Shown in pieces: positions 18,581 through 26,292 of a stretch of 64,000 bases of DNA. The notes below the pieces were generated by a model that saw only the letters and a list, made by a program, of their open reading frames with translations, had not been told where the DNA came from and did no database searches. Location: the NCBI GenBank assembly GCA_965247395.1, contig OZ252012.1, positions 242,434 to 306,433 of the forward strand, written 5' to 3'. The position numbers were made by a program, and so were the translations under genes. Source of the stretch: Candidatus Poriferisodalaceae bacterium. Lineage in GTDB: Bacteria; Actinomycetota; Acidimicrobiia; Acidimicrobiales; Poriferisodalaceae. Within the stretch, counting starts at the first letter, position 1. Every line of letters begins with the position of its first letter.

Positions 18581-19617
18581 GGACACCATTGTTAAAGAAA
18601 TCGCTAAAGCAAGGCACGCTGTTGAGCAAACTTGTGTCGCCAGGTTTGCTGGCAGCGGTTGTCGTGGCTGTGCCTGTTCAGGTTCTGCTTACTGGGTTGC
18701 TGATTACGCCAGGTGCTGCTAACGCGCATGTTCTTACGAGCACACATGGTCTTGGTGCCACCACCATCGGTAGCTCCATTACTGGCAGCACCGCCGGTTG
18801 GGCCATGGTTTCGGATTCAGAAAACCGCGGCATCGTAGAACTCAACGAAGCTGGCGACGGAGTAGTGATCTCAGCGCACACCGCTGGCACACCCTCTGGG
18901 CGAGTTACCTCCGAGATATGCACGGTGTACGAGCCGGTGTTGGTCTTTGATAACAGCGACGTGGTGCGTGAAGACGTCAAGCCCGAGTCTGATTTCTCTG
19001 CGCTAGTCACACGTGGCGAAGGTGACTCCGAAGAGTTGAAGGTGAGACGTGCCTGCAGGCCACGCGGTGCAACCGAGTCTGGCACCGGAAACCTGGACGT
19101 AACCGTTCGCCTTTATCAGGAATCGCACTGGGTGTCGTTGAAGCAGTTGGTAGGTGAACTTGCTCGCGCAGCCATTGATGCAATTCTGTTTCCGGCAACC
19201 AAGGCGCGATTTGCGCCGCCGGCCAGAACTCGCACGCTGGTCGGAGTTGACACTTGGTTTTGGGTGCCCGCAACCTCATGGAAGCCAATAGTGAAGGTGG
19301 TAGGAGTGCCACCAGTAGTGGTGACTGCGGTCGCTTCTCCGATAGCGCTGCGGTTTTCTCCGGGTGACGGGTCGGCCACCGTCTCCTGCCCTGGTCCGGG
19401 TCTGCCGTGGGTTCCAGGCGGACGCACGCTGTGCAGTCATGTGTACCAAGAAGCTTCGACTCTGCGGACAACAGGCAGGTACAACGGCGTTATTACTGTG
19501 GTTTGGATGGTGCGCTGGTTTTCAACAACGGGTGCGTCTGGGGTGATCGGTCCGATACAAATGCCACAGATCAACTCAGTGAAAGTGGTCGAGGCCCAAG
19601 CAGTACTGCACGCTTAG
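18559..19617 (+). CDS. hypothetical secreted or membrane-anchored protein
   Basis: 352 aa with an N-terminal hydrophobic segment (LLAAVVVAVPVQVLLTGLLITPGAANA). The C-terminal Trp/Val-rich region carries two Cys (VSCPGPG...TLCSHVY). It overlaps the preceding gene by 22 nt. Confidence 0.5.
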   Translation: MGREPLLRTPLLKKSLKQGTLLSKLVSPGLLAAVVVAVPVQVLLTGLLITPGAANAHVLTSTHGLGATTIGSSITGSTAGWAMVSDSENRGIVELNEAGDGVVISAHTAGTPSGRVTSEICTVYEPVLVFDNSDVVREDVKPESDFSALVTRGEGDSEELKVRRACRPRGATESGTGNLDVTVRLYQESHWVSLKQLVGELARAAIDAILFPATKARFAPPARTRTLVGVDTWFWVPATSWKPIVKVVGVPPVVVTAVASPIALRFSPGDGSATVSCPGPGLPWVPGGRTLCSHVYQEASTLRTTGRYNGVITVVWMVRWFSTTGASGVIGPIQMPQINSVKVVEAQAVLHA

Positions 19618-19639
19618 CACGGCTATCTTGACTGCCCAT

Positions 19640-19660
19640 AACGCCAGGGGATGGCGTTTT
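19640..19660 (+). terminator. possible intrinsic terminator
   Basis: AACGCCA-GGGGA-TGGCGTT hairpin followed by TT, 23 nt after the stop of the secreted-protein gene. The stem is short and the U-tract weak. Confidence 0.35.
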
Positions 19661-19688
19661 AGATAACAAAATCCAAGGGGGACTACAA

Positions 19689-22145
19689 ATGCTCTCGTCT
19701 TATCGAGTGCTGGATTTGTCAGACGAGCGGGGGCAACTTGCCGGGCTCATGTTGTCCGACCTCGGAGCAGAGGTGATCTTGATTGAGCCACCCGACGGCT
19801 CACGCTCACGCCAGGTTGGACCGTTTGTTGCCGACAAGAACGAAGACCCAGAGGCTTCGTTGTGGTTTTGGGCCTACAACCGCGGTAAGCGCTCATGCGC
19901 TTTAGATCTGACTGACCCAGAACAGAAGCAGCAGCTTTTGCAGCTGCTTGCGACCGCCGATGTAGTCATCGAATCTTCCGGCCAAAAAACCATGCGCGAA
20001 CTGGGCTTGAGCTACGACGATTTATCTGCGCAGTTTCCACAGCTCGTTTATACGTCGGTGTCTGCATTTGGCAGCACTGGCCCCAAGGCCGACTGGGCTG
20101 CTACCGACCTGGTGATTACAGCGGCGGGAATGTTGGGCCGGCTGATGGGTGACACCGATAGACGGCCTCTGCGCATTCCGCTTGACCAGACGTTTCTACA
20201 TGCGTCAGGTGAGGCCGCTTTTGCCACGCTGATTGCGCTACGCGAACGCAAGCGTTCGGGTCTGGGCCAGCATGTTGACATAAGCGGCCAGCAGACCATC
20301 ACGTTGGCAACCCAGTCGATGGCCTTGTGTCACCTCTACAACTCACCGGAAGCTGTGCGTGTAAGTGGCGGTGTGGAGGTCGGCCCGTTCAACGTTCGTC
20401 TGCGAGCACGCGCTGCCGACGGCTACGTGTCACCGACAATCGTGTTTGGTGAGGCCATCGGCCCGTTCAGCAAACGCTTGTTTGACTGGCTGCATTCGCA
20501 CGGGGCTTGTGCAGATAGCGATCTAGAAATTGATTGGATCGATTTTGTTGAAGGCGTTACGACCGGACGGATTCCGCTGGACGAATACGCCCGCGTTCAA
20601 CAGGTAGCTGCAAAGTATTTTGCGACGCGCACAAAGAAGGAATTACAGGCTGCCGCTCTTAAGCACCGGTTGCTGATAGTGCCGATCGCAACCGTTGCAG
20701 ATGTTGTAGACGAACCGCATTACAAAGAACGTGACTTCTGGTGCGACATTGAAATGCCCTCGTTAGGCGCAGTGAAGTTTCCGGGGCCGTCGGTCAAATT
20801 TTCTAAGACCCCGGTGCAAATCGAAAAGCCACCGCCTCGCGTAGGTGAACACAACGAAGAAGTCTTGGCTGAGCTGCCAGCGAAGGCTTCTGAGCGCACT
20901 GCAACTTCGGGCGCTTCAAACTCACAGCCTGAGCTACCGCTGGCCGGTCTGAAAGTGCTTGATTTCATGTGGGTTATTGCTGGCCCGGCCAGCACGCGCG
21001 TTTTGTCGGACTGGGGCGCCACGGTCGTGCGTGTCGAGTCATCGCACAAGGTGGAGACCGCACGCACCATCCAGCCATTCCTAAACGATGAAGGTGGAGC
21101 CGACAACGCCGCGATCTTTCAGAACATGAACGCTGGCAAGCTTGGCATCGCTATCGATCTTGACAATCCGGCCAGCCGTGAAACGATCGAAGACCTAATC
21201 CGTTGGGCCGACGTGGTTACCGAGTCGTTCTCACCCAAAGTAATGCGCAAGTGGGGTCTTACCTACGAAGACGTCCGCAAGATCAAACCCGACATCATCA
21301 TGGCCTCAAGCTGTCTTTTTGGTCAGACAGGGCCCTTATCGTCGCTGGCGGGTTACGGATCCATGGGCGCTTCGATGTCGGGCTTCTATGAAATGACTGG
21401 CTGGCCCGACCGCGATCCCTGCGGAGTTTTCAATGCCTACACCGATTATGTGTCGCCAAAATTCTTGGGCACCGCACTGCTCGCGGCGTTGGAGCATCGC
21501 GACAATACGGGAGAAGGTCAGTACATAGACATGTCGCAGGTAGAGGCTGCGTTTACTTTCCTCGCACCGGCCTTGCTTGATTACAGGATCAACGATCGGA
21601 TACCTCAGAAGGTAGGCAACGACCACCCGAGGCTGTCCCCGCACGACGTGTTCGCATGCGCGGGCGAAGACAGGTGGGTGGCTATCGCCTGCGAAAACGA
21701 TCAGCAGTGGCGCGCACTGTGCGAGGTTGCCGAGCTTGATAAAAAACTCAACCAACCAGACCTAGCCCAGCTGGACGAACAGGGCCGACGGTCGCTCAGC
21801 GTGGAGATCGCCGAGGCCATCTCCGAATGGACACAAACGCTTGACGATGAGGTCGCTCAGCAAAAACTGCAAGACGTTGGCGTGGCCGCACATTTTGTTC
21901 AAGACTCAGAAACACTGACGAACGATCCGCAGCTAGTGCATCGCCAACATTTTCGCCAGCTGCCTCACAGCACGAACGGCCAGATGTGGGTGGAAGGCCC
22001 AAAGTTTTCAATGTCTCGCAGCACATCCAAACTCGAAAGCGCTGGACCCAGCTACGGCGAGCACACATTCTTCGTGCTTGAAGAAATACTCAACTATGAC
22101 GCTGAGCAAATTGCCGAGCTGGCCGTTGCGGGCGTTCTTGAATAG
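19689..22145 (+). CDS. family III CoA-transferase (CaiB/BaiF), tandem two-module fusion
   Basis: 818 aa, about twice the usual length. Module 1 starts YRVLDLSDERGQLAGLMLSDLGAEVILIEPP. Module 2 starts LAGLKVLDFMWVIAGPASTRVLSDWGATVVRVES near residue 420. A good RBS (AAGGGGGA) precedes the ATG. Confidence 0.85.
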   Translation: MLSSYRVLDLSDERGQLAGLMLSDLGAEVILIEPPDGSRSRQVGPFVADKNEDPEASLWFWAYNRGKRSCALDLTDPEQKQQLLQLLATADVVIESSGQKTMRELGLSYDDLSAQFPQLVYTSVSAFGSTGPKADWAATDLVITAAGMLGRLMGDTDRRPLRIPLDQTFLHASGEAAFATLIALRERKRSGLGQHVDISGQQTITLATQSMALCHLYNSPEAVRVSGGVEVGPFNVRLRARAADGYVSPTIVFGEAIGPFSKRLFDWLHSHGACADSDLEIDWIDFVEGVTTGRIPLDEYARVQQVAAKYFATRTKKELQAAALKHRLLIVPIATVADVVDEPHYKERDFWCDIEMPSLGAVKFPGPSVKFSKTPVQIEKPPPRVGEHNEEVLAELPAKASERTATSGASNSQPELPLAGLKVLDFMWVIAGPASTRVLSDWGATVVRVESSHKVETARTIQPFLNDEGGADNAAIFQNMNAGKLGIAIDLDNPASRETIEDLIRWADVVTESFSPKVMRKWGLTYEDVRKIKPDIIMASSCLFGQTGPLSSLAGYGSMGASMSGFYEMTGWPDRDPCGVFNAYTDYVSPKFLGTALLAALEHRDNTGEGQYIDMSQVEAAFTFLAPALLDYRINDRIPQKVGNDHPRLSPHDVFACAGEDRWVAIACENDQQWRALCEVAELDKKLNQPDLAQLDEQGRRSLSVEIAEAISEWTQTLDDEVAQQKLQDVGVAAHFVQDSETLTNDPQLVHRQHFRQLPHSTNGQMWVEGPKFSMSRSTSKLESAGPSYGEHTFFVLEEILNYDAEQIAELAVAGVLE

Positions 22146-22220
22146 CAGCGCTGGTTCGCTGGCTTTTTGGCGGGTCTGTCGCACAAGCCAAGTAATCTCA
22201 GCCCATATCGGAGGTGACGC

Positions 22221-23207
22221 ATGAGAGCGTGGCGACTGCACGAACTGGGTGACCCTTGGGATGTTCTAAAACTTGAGGAGGTAACCTCACCCGAACCCGG
22301 GCCTGGAATGGCACGTGTGAGCGTAGAAGCCTGCGATCTCAACTTTGCAGATATCTTGCAATGCCAGGGCAGCTACCAAGAGCCATTAGATCCACCATTT
22401 ACGCCTGGCATGGCTGTGGCCGGAACCGTTTTAGAGATTGGCCCCGATAGCCAACTGTCGGTTGGCGATCGTGTGCTCGGGCTTGGAGCTGAGGGGTGGG
22501 GTGGCTACGCCGAAGAGGCCTTGGTGCGCTCAGACAACATGCGCCATGTTCCCGCGGACGTGCCTATGCCTATGGCCGCTGCCATGCATGTCATTTACGG
22601 GACGGGCTGGTTTGCGTTACACCGGCGAGGCCAGATCCAACCTGGTGAGACCGTGCTGGTGTTGGCGGCCGCTGGCGGAGTGGGTTCGGCAGCGGTGCAG
22701 ATGGCAAAGCTGGCCGGGTGCAAGGTGATTGCCGCGGCAGGTGGTGCCCACAAGGTTGAAGTTTGCCGCCAACTAGGCGCAGATGTCGTTATCGATTACA
22801 AGGCTGATGACTTATACAAGTCGGTAATGGATGCCACCGATGGGCGAGGCTGCGAAGTTGTCTACGACCCGGTTGGCGGTGAGTATTTTGATATCGCCCG
22901 GAGATTGGTGGCATGGGAAGGCCGACTGCTAGTTGTCGGTTTTGCCAGCGGCACTATCCCAACGATTCCCGCCAATCACGTTTTGGTGAAGAGCTACTCG
23001 GTGGTGGGAGTGCACATGGGCGGTTATCGCGGCCGCATGGACGATGTGCTAGATGAGTGCTATTCGCAATTGTGGCGCTGGGCTGCGGACGGCACTTTGG
23101 AGCCGTTAATCAGTTCTGAGTTGCCGTTGGATGACCTGATCGGCGGGCTTAGGGCGCTCTCAAATCGTGAAACGACTGGCCGTGTTCTGCTGTTGCCTGG
23201 CAAGTAG
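22221..23207 (+). CDS. NADPH:quinone oxidoreductase / zinc-type alcohol dehydrogenase-like (MDR family)
   Basis: 328 aa with the MDR fold and nucleotide-binding motif AAAGGVGSAAVQ. RBS is GGAGGTGA. Confidence 0.8.
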   Translation: MRAWRLHELGDPWDVLKLEEVTSPEPGPGMARVSVEACDLNFADILQCQGSYQEPLDPPFTPGMAVAGTVLEIGPDSQLSVGDRVLGLGAEGWGGYAEEALVRSDNMRHVPADVPMPMAAAMHVIYGTGWFALHRRGQIQPGETVLVLAAAGGVGSAAVQMAKLAGCKVIAAAGGAHKVEVCRQLGADVVIDYKADDLYKSVMDATDGRGCEVVYDPVGGEYFDIARRLVAWEGRLLVVGFASGTIPTIPANHVLVKSYSVVGVHMGGYRGRMDDVLDECYSQLWRWAADGTLEPLISSELPLDDLIGGLRALSNRETTGRVLLLPGK

Positions 23208-23267
23208 AGCAGCTTTCCGCCGAGTGGGTCGAGTAGGCAGCGCAGGCCAACCAAGGCTTGCTAACTA

Positions 23268-24383
23268 ATGCTGGTAGGAGTACCCAACGAGATCAAACCG
23301 GGTGAACGCCGTGTTGGGCTAACACCTTCCAGCGTCAGCGAGCTGACGCGTCACGGTCATCAGGTTCTGATTGAGACCAAAGCCGGCAACGGCATCAGCG
23401 CTGATGACGCGACCTACGAAGGCGTCGGCGCTCAGATCGTTGACTCCGCCGCGCCTATCTGGAATAAGGCCGACCTGATTGTCAAGGTGAAAGAGCCGCA
23501 GGCCGCTGAACGAAGCCAGCTAAGCAAGGGTCAAATTCTGTTTACGTACCTGCACCTGGCGCCTGATCCAGAACAAACTCACGACTTGATCAAAAGCGGA
23601 GCCACTGCTGTGGCATATGAGACGGTGACCGACCGTCGTGGCGGTCTACCACTGCTTGCGCCAATGTCACGTGTGGCGGGACGACTTGCTGTGCAGGCAG
23701 GAGCATGGGCGCTAGAGACAGTGCACGGAGGAGCGGGCATCTTGATTGGCGGCGTTCCAGGAGTGCCGGGCGCGCGTGTGGTGGTACTTGGCGGTGGGGT
23801 AGTAGGTGAAAACGCGGCAGAGATTGCGGTGGGTATGGGTGCCAGGGTGCGAGTGCTGGACATCAACCCGCAGGTGCTTGATCACCTGGAGCAGCGCTTC
23901 GGCGCCGGCATTTCCACCATCACCTCAACACGAGTAACGATTGAACACGAGGTGTTGGAGGCAGATCTTGTCATTGGCGCAGTGTTGGTGACCGGTGATC
24001 GTGCTCCAAATCTGGTTACCGCCGACATGGTGTCCAAAATGCGACCCGGATCGGTGATCGTTGATGTGGCGATTGACCAGGGTGGCTGCGTAGAAACATC
24101 ACACCCCACCACACACTCCGACCCGACATTCACCGTTGATGACGTTGTTCACTACTGCGTGGCCAACATGCCTGGAGCGGTACCGCTTACCTCAACGCGT
24201 GCGCTCAACGACGCCACCTTGCCGCACGTGTTAGCGCTAGCAGACCATGGGTTGGACGCGCTGCGAGCCGATGAGCACTTGCGAGCAGGCCTAAACGTGC
24301 ACCTCGGCATGGTGACCGAACCGCACGTGGCTTCGTCGCTAGGTCTGCAATATGTTGACGCTCTGGATGCGCTAAAGACCTAG
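23268..24383 (+). CDS. ald: alanine dehydrogenase
   Basis: 371 aa. N-terminus MLVGVPNEIKPGERRVGLTP and the Rossmann motif VLGGGVVG are typical of Ald. Confidence 0.9.
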   Translation: MLVGVPNEIKPGERRVGLTPSSVSELTRHGHQVLIETKAGNGISADDATYEGVGAQIVDSAAPIWNKADLIVKVKEPQAAERSQLSKGQILFTYLHLAPDPEQTHDLIKSGATAVAYETVTDRRGGLPLLAPMSRVAGRLAVQAGAWALETVHGGAGILIGGVPGVPGARVVVLGGGVVGENAAEIAVGMGARVRVLDINPQVLDHLEQRFGAGISTITSTRVTIEHEVLEADLVIGAVLVTGDRAPNLVTADMVSKMRPGSVIVDVAIDQGGCVETSHPTTHSDPTFTVDDVVHYCVANMPGAVPLTSTRALNDATLPHVLALADHGLDALRADEHLRAGLNVHLGMVTEPHVASSLGLQYVDALDALKT

Positions 24384-24400
24384 TCCTAGAGCCTTGGCGC

Positions 24401-25006
24401 CTAGCCGCGGCCCATCGTGAAGAATTCCTCGTTGGGACGCATTGACGTCAGGTGAGCCATGCGGTTCGAAAGCGCAAACAAAGCGGTGATCGCGCCGATG
24501 TCCCAGATGTCGTCTTCGCTGAAGCCGTGGTCGCGTAGCTGTTCGTGGTCGGCCTCTGCTACTTCTGATGGTTTGACAGCCAGCTTGATAGCAAAATCGA
24601 TCATCGCTTTTTGCCGTTCGCTCAGATCCGCTTGGCTGGGATCGACCGCCAACTGGTCAGCCAACATCGGTGCTTTGGAGCGAATGCGCAGGATCGCTCC
24701 GTGAGCGACCACGCAATACGTGCAGTTGTTCGCTCCGCTTGTGGCAACGACGATCATCTCGCGCTCGGCTTTGGTGAGACCACTGTCTCTTTCCATCAAC
24801 GCGTCGTGGTAAGCCATAAAAGCCCGCAACTCATCCGGTCTGTGAGCTAAAGCCAAGAAAACGTTAGGTACAAAGCCGGTTTTGGACTGAATGGCTTCCA
24901 TGCCCACGCGCAGATCTTCAGGAATCTCGGCAATTTCCGGCACCGGAAACCTAGATATAGGTGGTGCTATTGGTTCAGCTACTTGCGAATCCTGCTTGGC
25001 GTTCAT
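24401..25006 (-). CDS. carboxymuconolactone decarboxylase / AhpD-like peroxidase-related protein
   Basis: 201 aa with the AhpD-type redox motif NNCTYCVVAH (CxxC). Confidence 0.8.
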   Translation of the reverse strand: MNAKQDSQVAEPIAPPISRFPVPEIAEIPEDLRVGMEAIQSKTGFVPNVFLALAHRPDELRAFMAYHDALMERDSGLTKAEREMIVVATSGANNCTYCVVAHGAILRIRSKAPMLADQLAVDPSQADLSERQKAMIDFAIKLAVKPSEVAEADHEQLRDHGFSEDDIWDIGAITALFALSNRMAHLTSMRPNEEFFTMGRG

Positions 25007-25056
25007 ACGGCCAGCCTAGATCGCTAACCGCAGCATCTATCCAGCATCTATCAGAG

Positions 25057-25131
25057 TGGTACGCCCCCTGGGATTCGAACCCAGAACCTGCGGATTAAGA
25101 GTCCGATGCTCTGCCATTGAGCTAGAGGCGC
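25057..25131 (-). tRNA. tRNA-Lys (anticodon CTT), CCA encoded
   Basis: The reverse complement folds as a cloverleaf: acceptor GCGCCTC/GGGGCGT, anticodon loop CTCTTAA, T-arm CTGGG-TTCGAAT-CCCAG, then ACCA. Confidence 0.9.
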
Positions 25132-25165
25132 GAAAGGTCGAACAAAAGTTGTTCTGCACGACTAG

Positions 25166-25240
25166 GCGGACCGAGGGGAATCGAACCCCCGACCTCCAGT
25201 ACCACAAACTGGCGCTCTAACCGACTGAGCTACGACCCGC
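25166..25240 (-). tRNA. tRNA-His (anticodon GTG) with encoded G-1
   Basis: Reverse complement: G-1 + CGGGTCG acceptor pairing with CGGTCCG, anticodon loop TTGTGGT, T-loop TTCGATT, discriminator C opposite G-1. CCA is not encoded. Confidence 0.9.
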
Positions 25241-25242
25241 AG

Positions 25243-26292
25243 GTGTCTCTAAGCATGCTATGGCCGCAACCAGTTCGCTACGCTGACAAGGTGACCGCTC
25301 AGCGTCTTTCTCCGGTTGATTACATCCCCCGTATTACCGCTCAGTATGAAGGTCTGGGGTATGGCGTGTACCGCTGGATGCACAGCGAAGACCCGCCCGC
25401 ATGGGCTCCGCTTTCAAAGCCACTGTCGCAATCACGCTTGGGTTTGATCGCCACCGGCGGTGTTTATGCCGCAGGCCAAACCGCCTTCCATTACAAGGAC
25501 GACACCACCTATAGAGCCATTGCGACCAACACGCCGACCGATAAGTTGCGTGCCACTCACTTCGCCTATGACTTGACTGACGCGCGCAATGACATCAACT
25601 GTGTGTATCCGATTGATGCGTTGCGCGAATCGGTAACCAAGGGCGAGATTGGCGAGCTGGGGCCGAGCGCTTACACGCTGATGGGCGGCATCTACAGCAC
25701 TCGACGTGTAGACGAAGAGCTCATTCCTGAGCTGGTGAAACGTTGCCACGAAGATGCCTTAGATGCCGTGTTGTTGGTGCCCGTCTGACCGGTCTGTCAT
25801 CAGACCGTGGGTCTGATAGCGAGAGCATTGGAGGCGTCCGGCATACCGACCTTGTCGATGTCCAGCGCACGCGATATCACACGCGCTGTGGATCCACCGC
25901 GATCCGTGTATCTCGATTATCCGTTGGGGCACACCTCGGGTCGTCCGTTCGAGCCGAGCCTCAATTACGAGATCATGGTTGACACGTTGGCCGCGTTTGA
26001 AGCGTTGACCGAACCAGGATCAATGGCTCATCTGCGCTATCGCTGGACCGATACCGACGAGTGGAAAAACAAGGTGTTTACGCCGATTAGCGCGGGGATA
26101 AGTAGCGCTGGGTCAGGCAGCGCTGGGATAAGTAGCGCTGAATCGGACAGCATTAAGTCGGGCGCAACCTACGAAGACGATCGAGTGCCGCGTTACGACA
26201 CTCCGCAATATCAAACAGACCTTGATGCCACACATGCCGCTGAGTTGCATGACGGTGAAGACTGTCTGGTTTGCGCAGGTATCGACTATTAA
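25243..26292 (+). CDS. GrdB/PrdB-family reductase-like protein, candidate selenoprotein (TGA 25786-25788 read as Sec)
   Basis: ORFs 25243-25788 and 25807-26292 are in the same frame. They are separated only by the TGA plus six sense codons. The joined reading ...DAVLLVPV-U-PVCHQTVGLIARALEASGIPTLSMSSARD... gives a U-x-x-C motif at the position where this family carries its redox Sec/Cys. A stem-loop follows the TGA. The start is uncertain (GTG 25243 or ATG 25255). Confidence 0.65.
25799..25817 (+). promoter_or_regulatory. candidate bacterial SECIS stem-loop
   Basis: ATCAGACC-GTG-GGTCTGAT forms an 8-bp stem with a G/U-containing apical loop. It starts 10 nt after the in-frame TGA. A competing hairpin CGGTCTG-TCAT-CAGACCG (25790-25807) shares the CAGACC arm. 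Confidence 0.5.

Noticed and set aside
25786-25788. Genome-wide TGA reassignment (TGA as Trp or Gly) as the explanation for the in-frame TGA
   Set aside because: TGA terminates several well-delimited genes here at the expected family C-terminus (e.g. thiolase at 9198-9200 and nadD at 56266-56268). The organism therefore uses TGA as a stop, and site-specific Sec recoding fits better.
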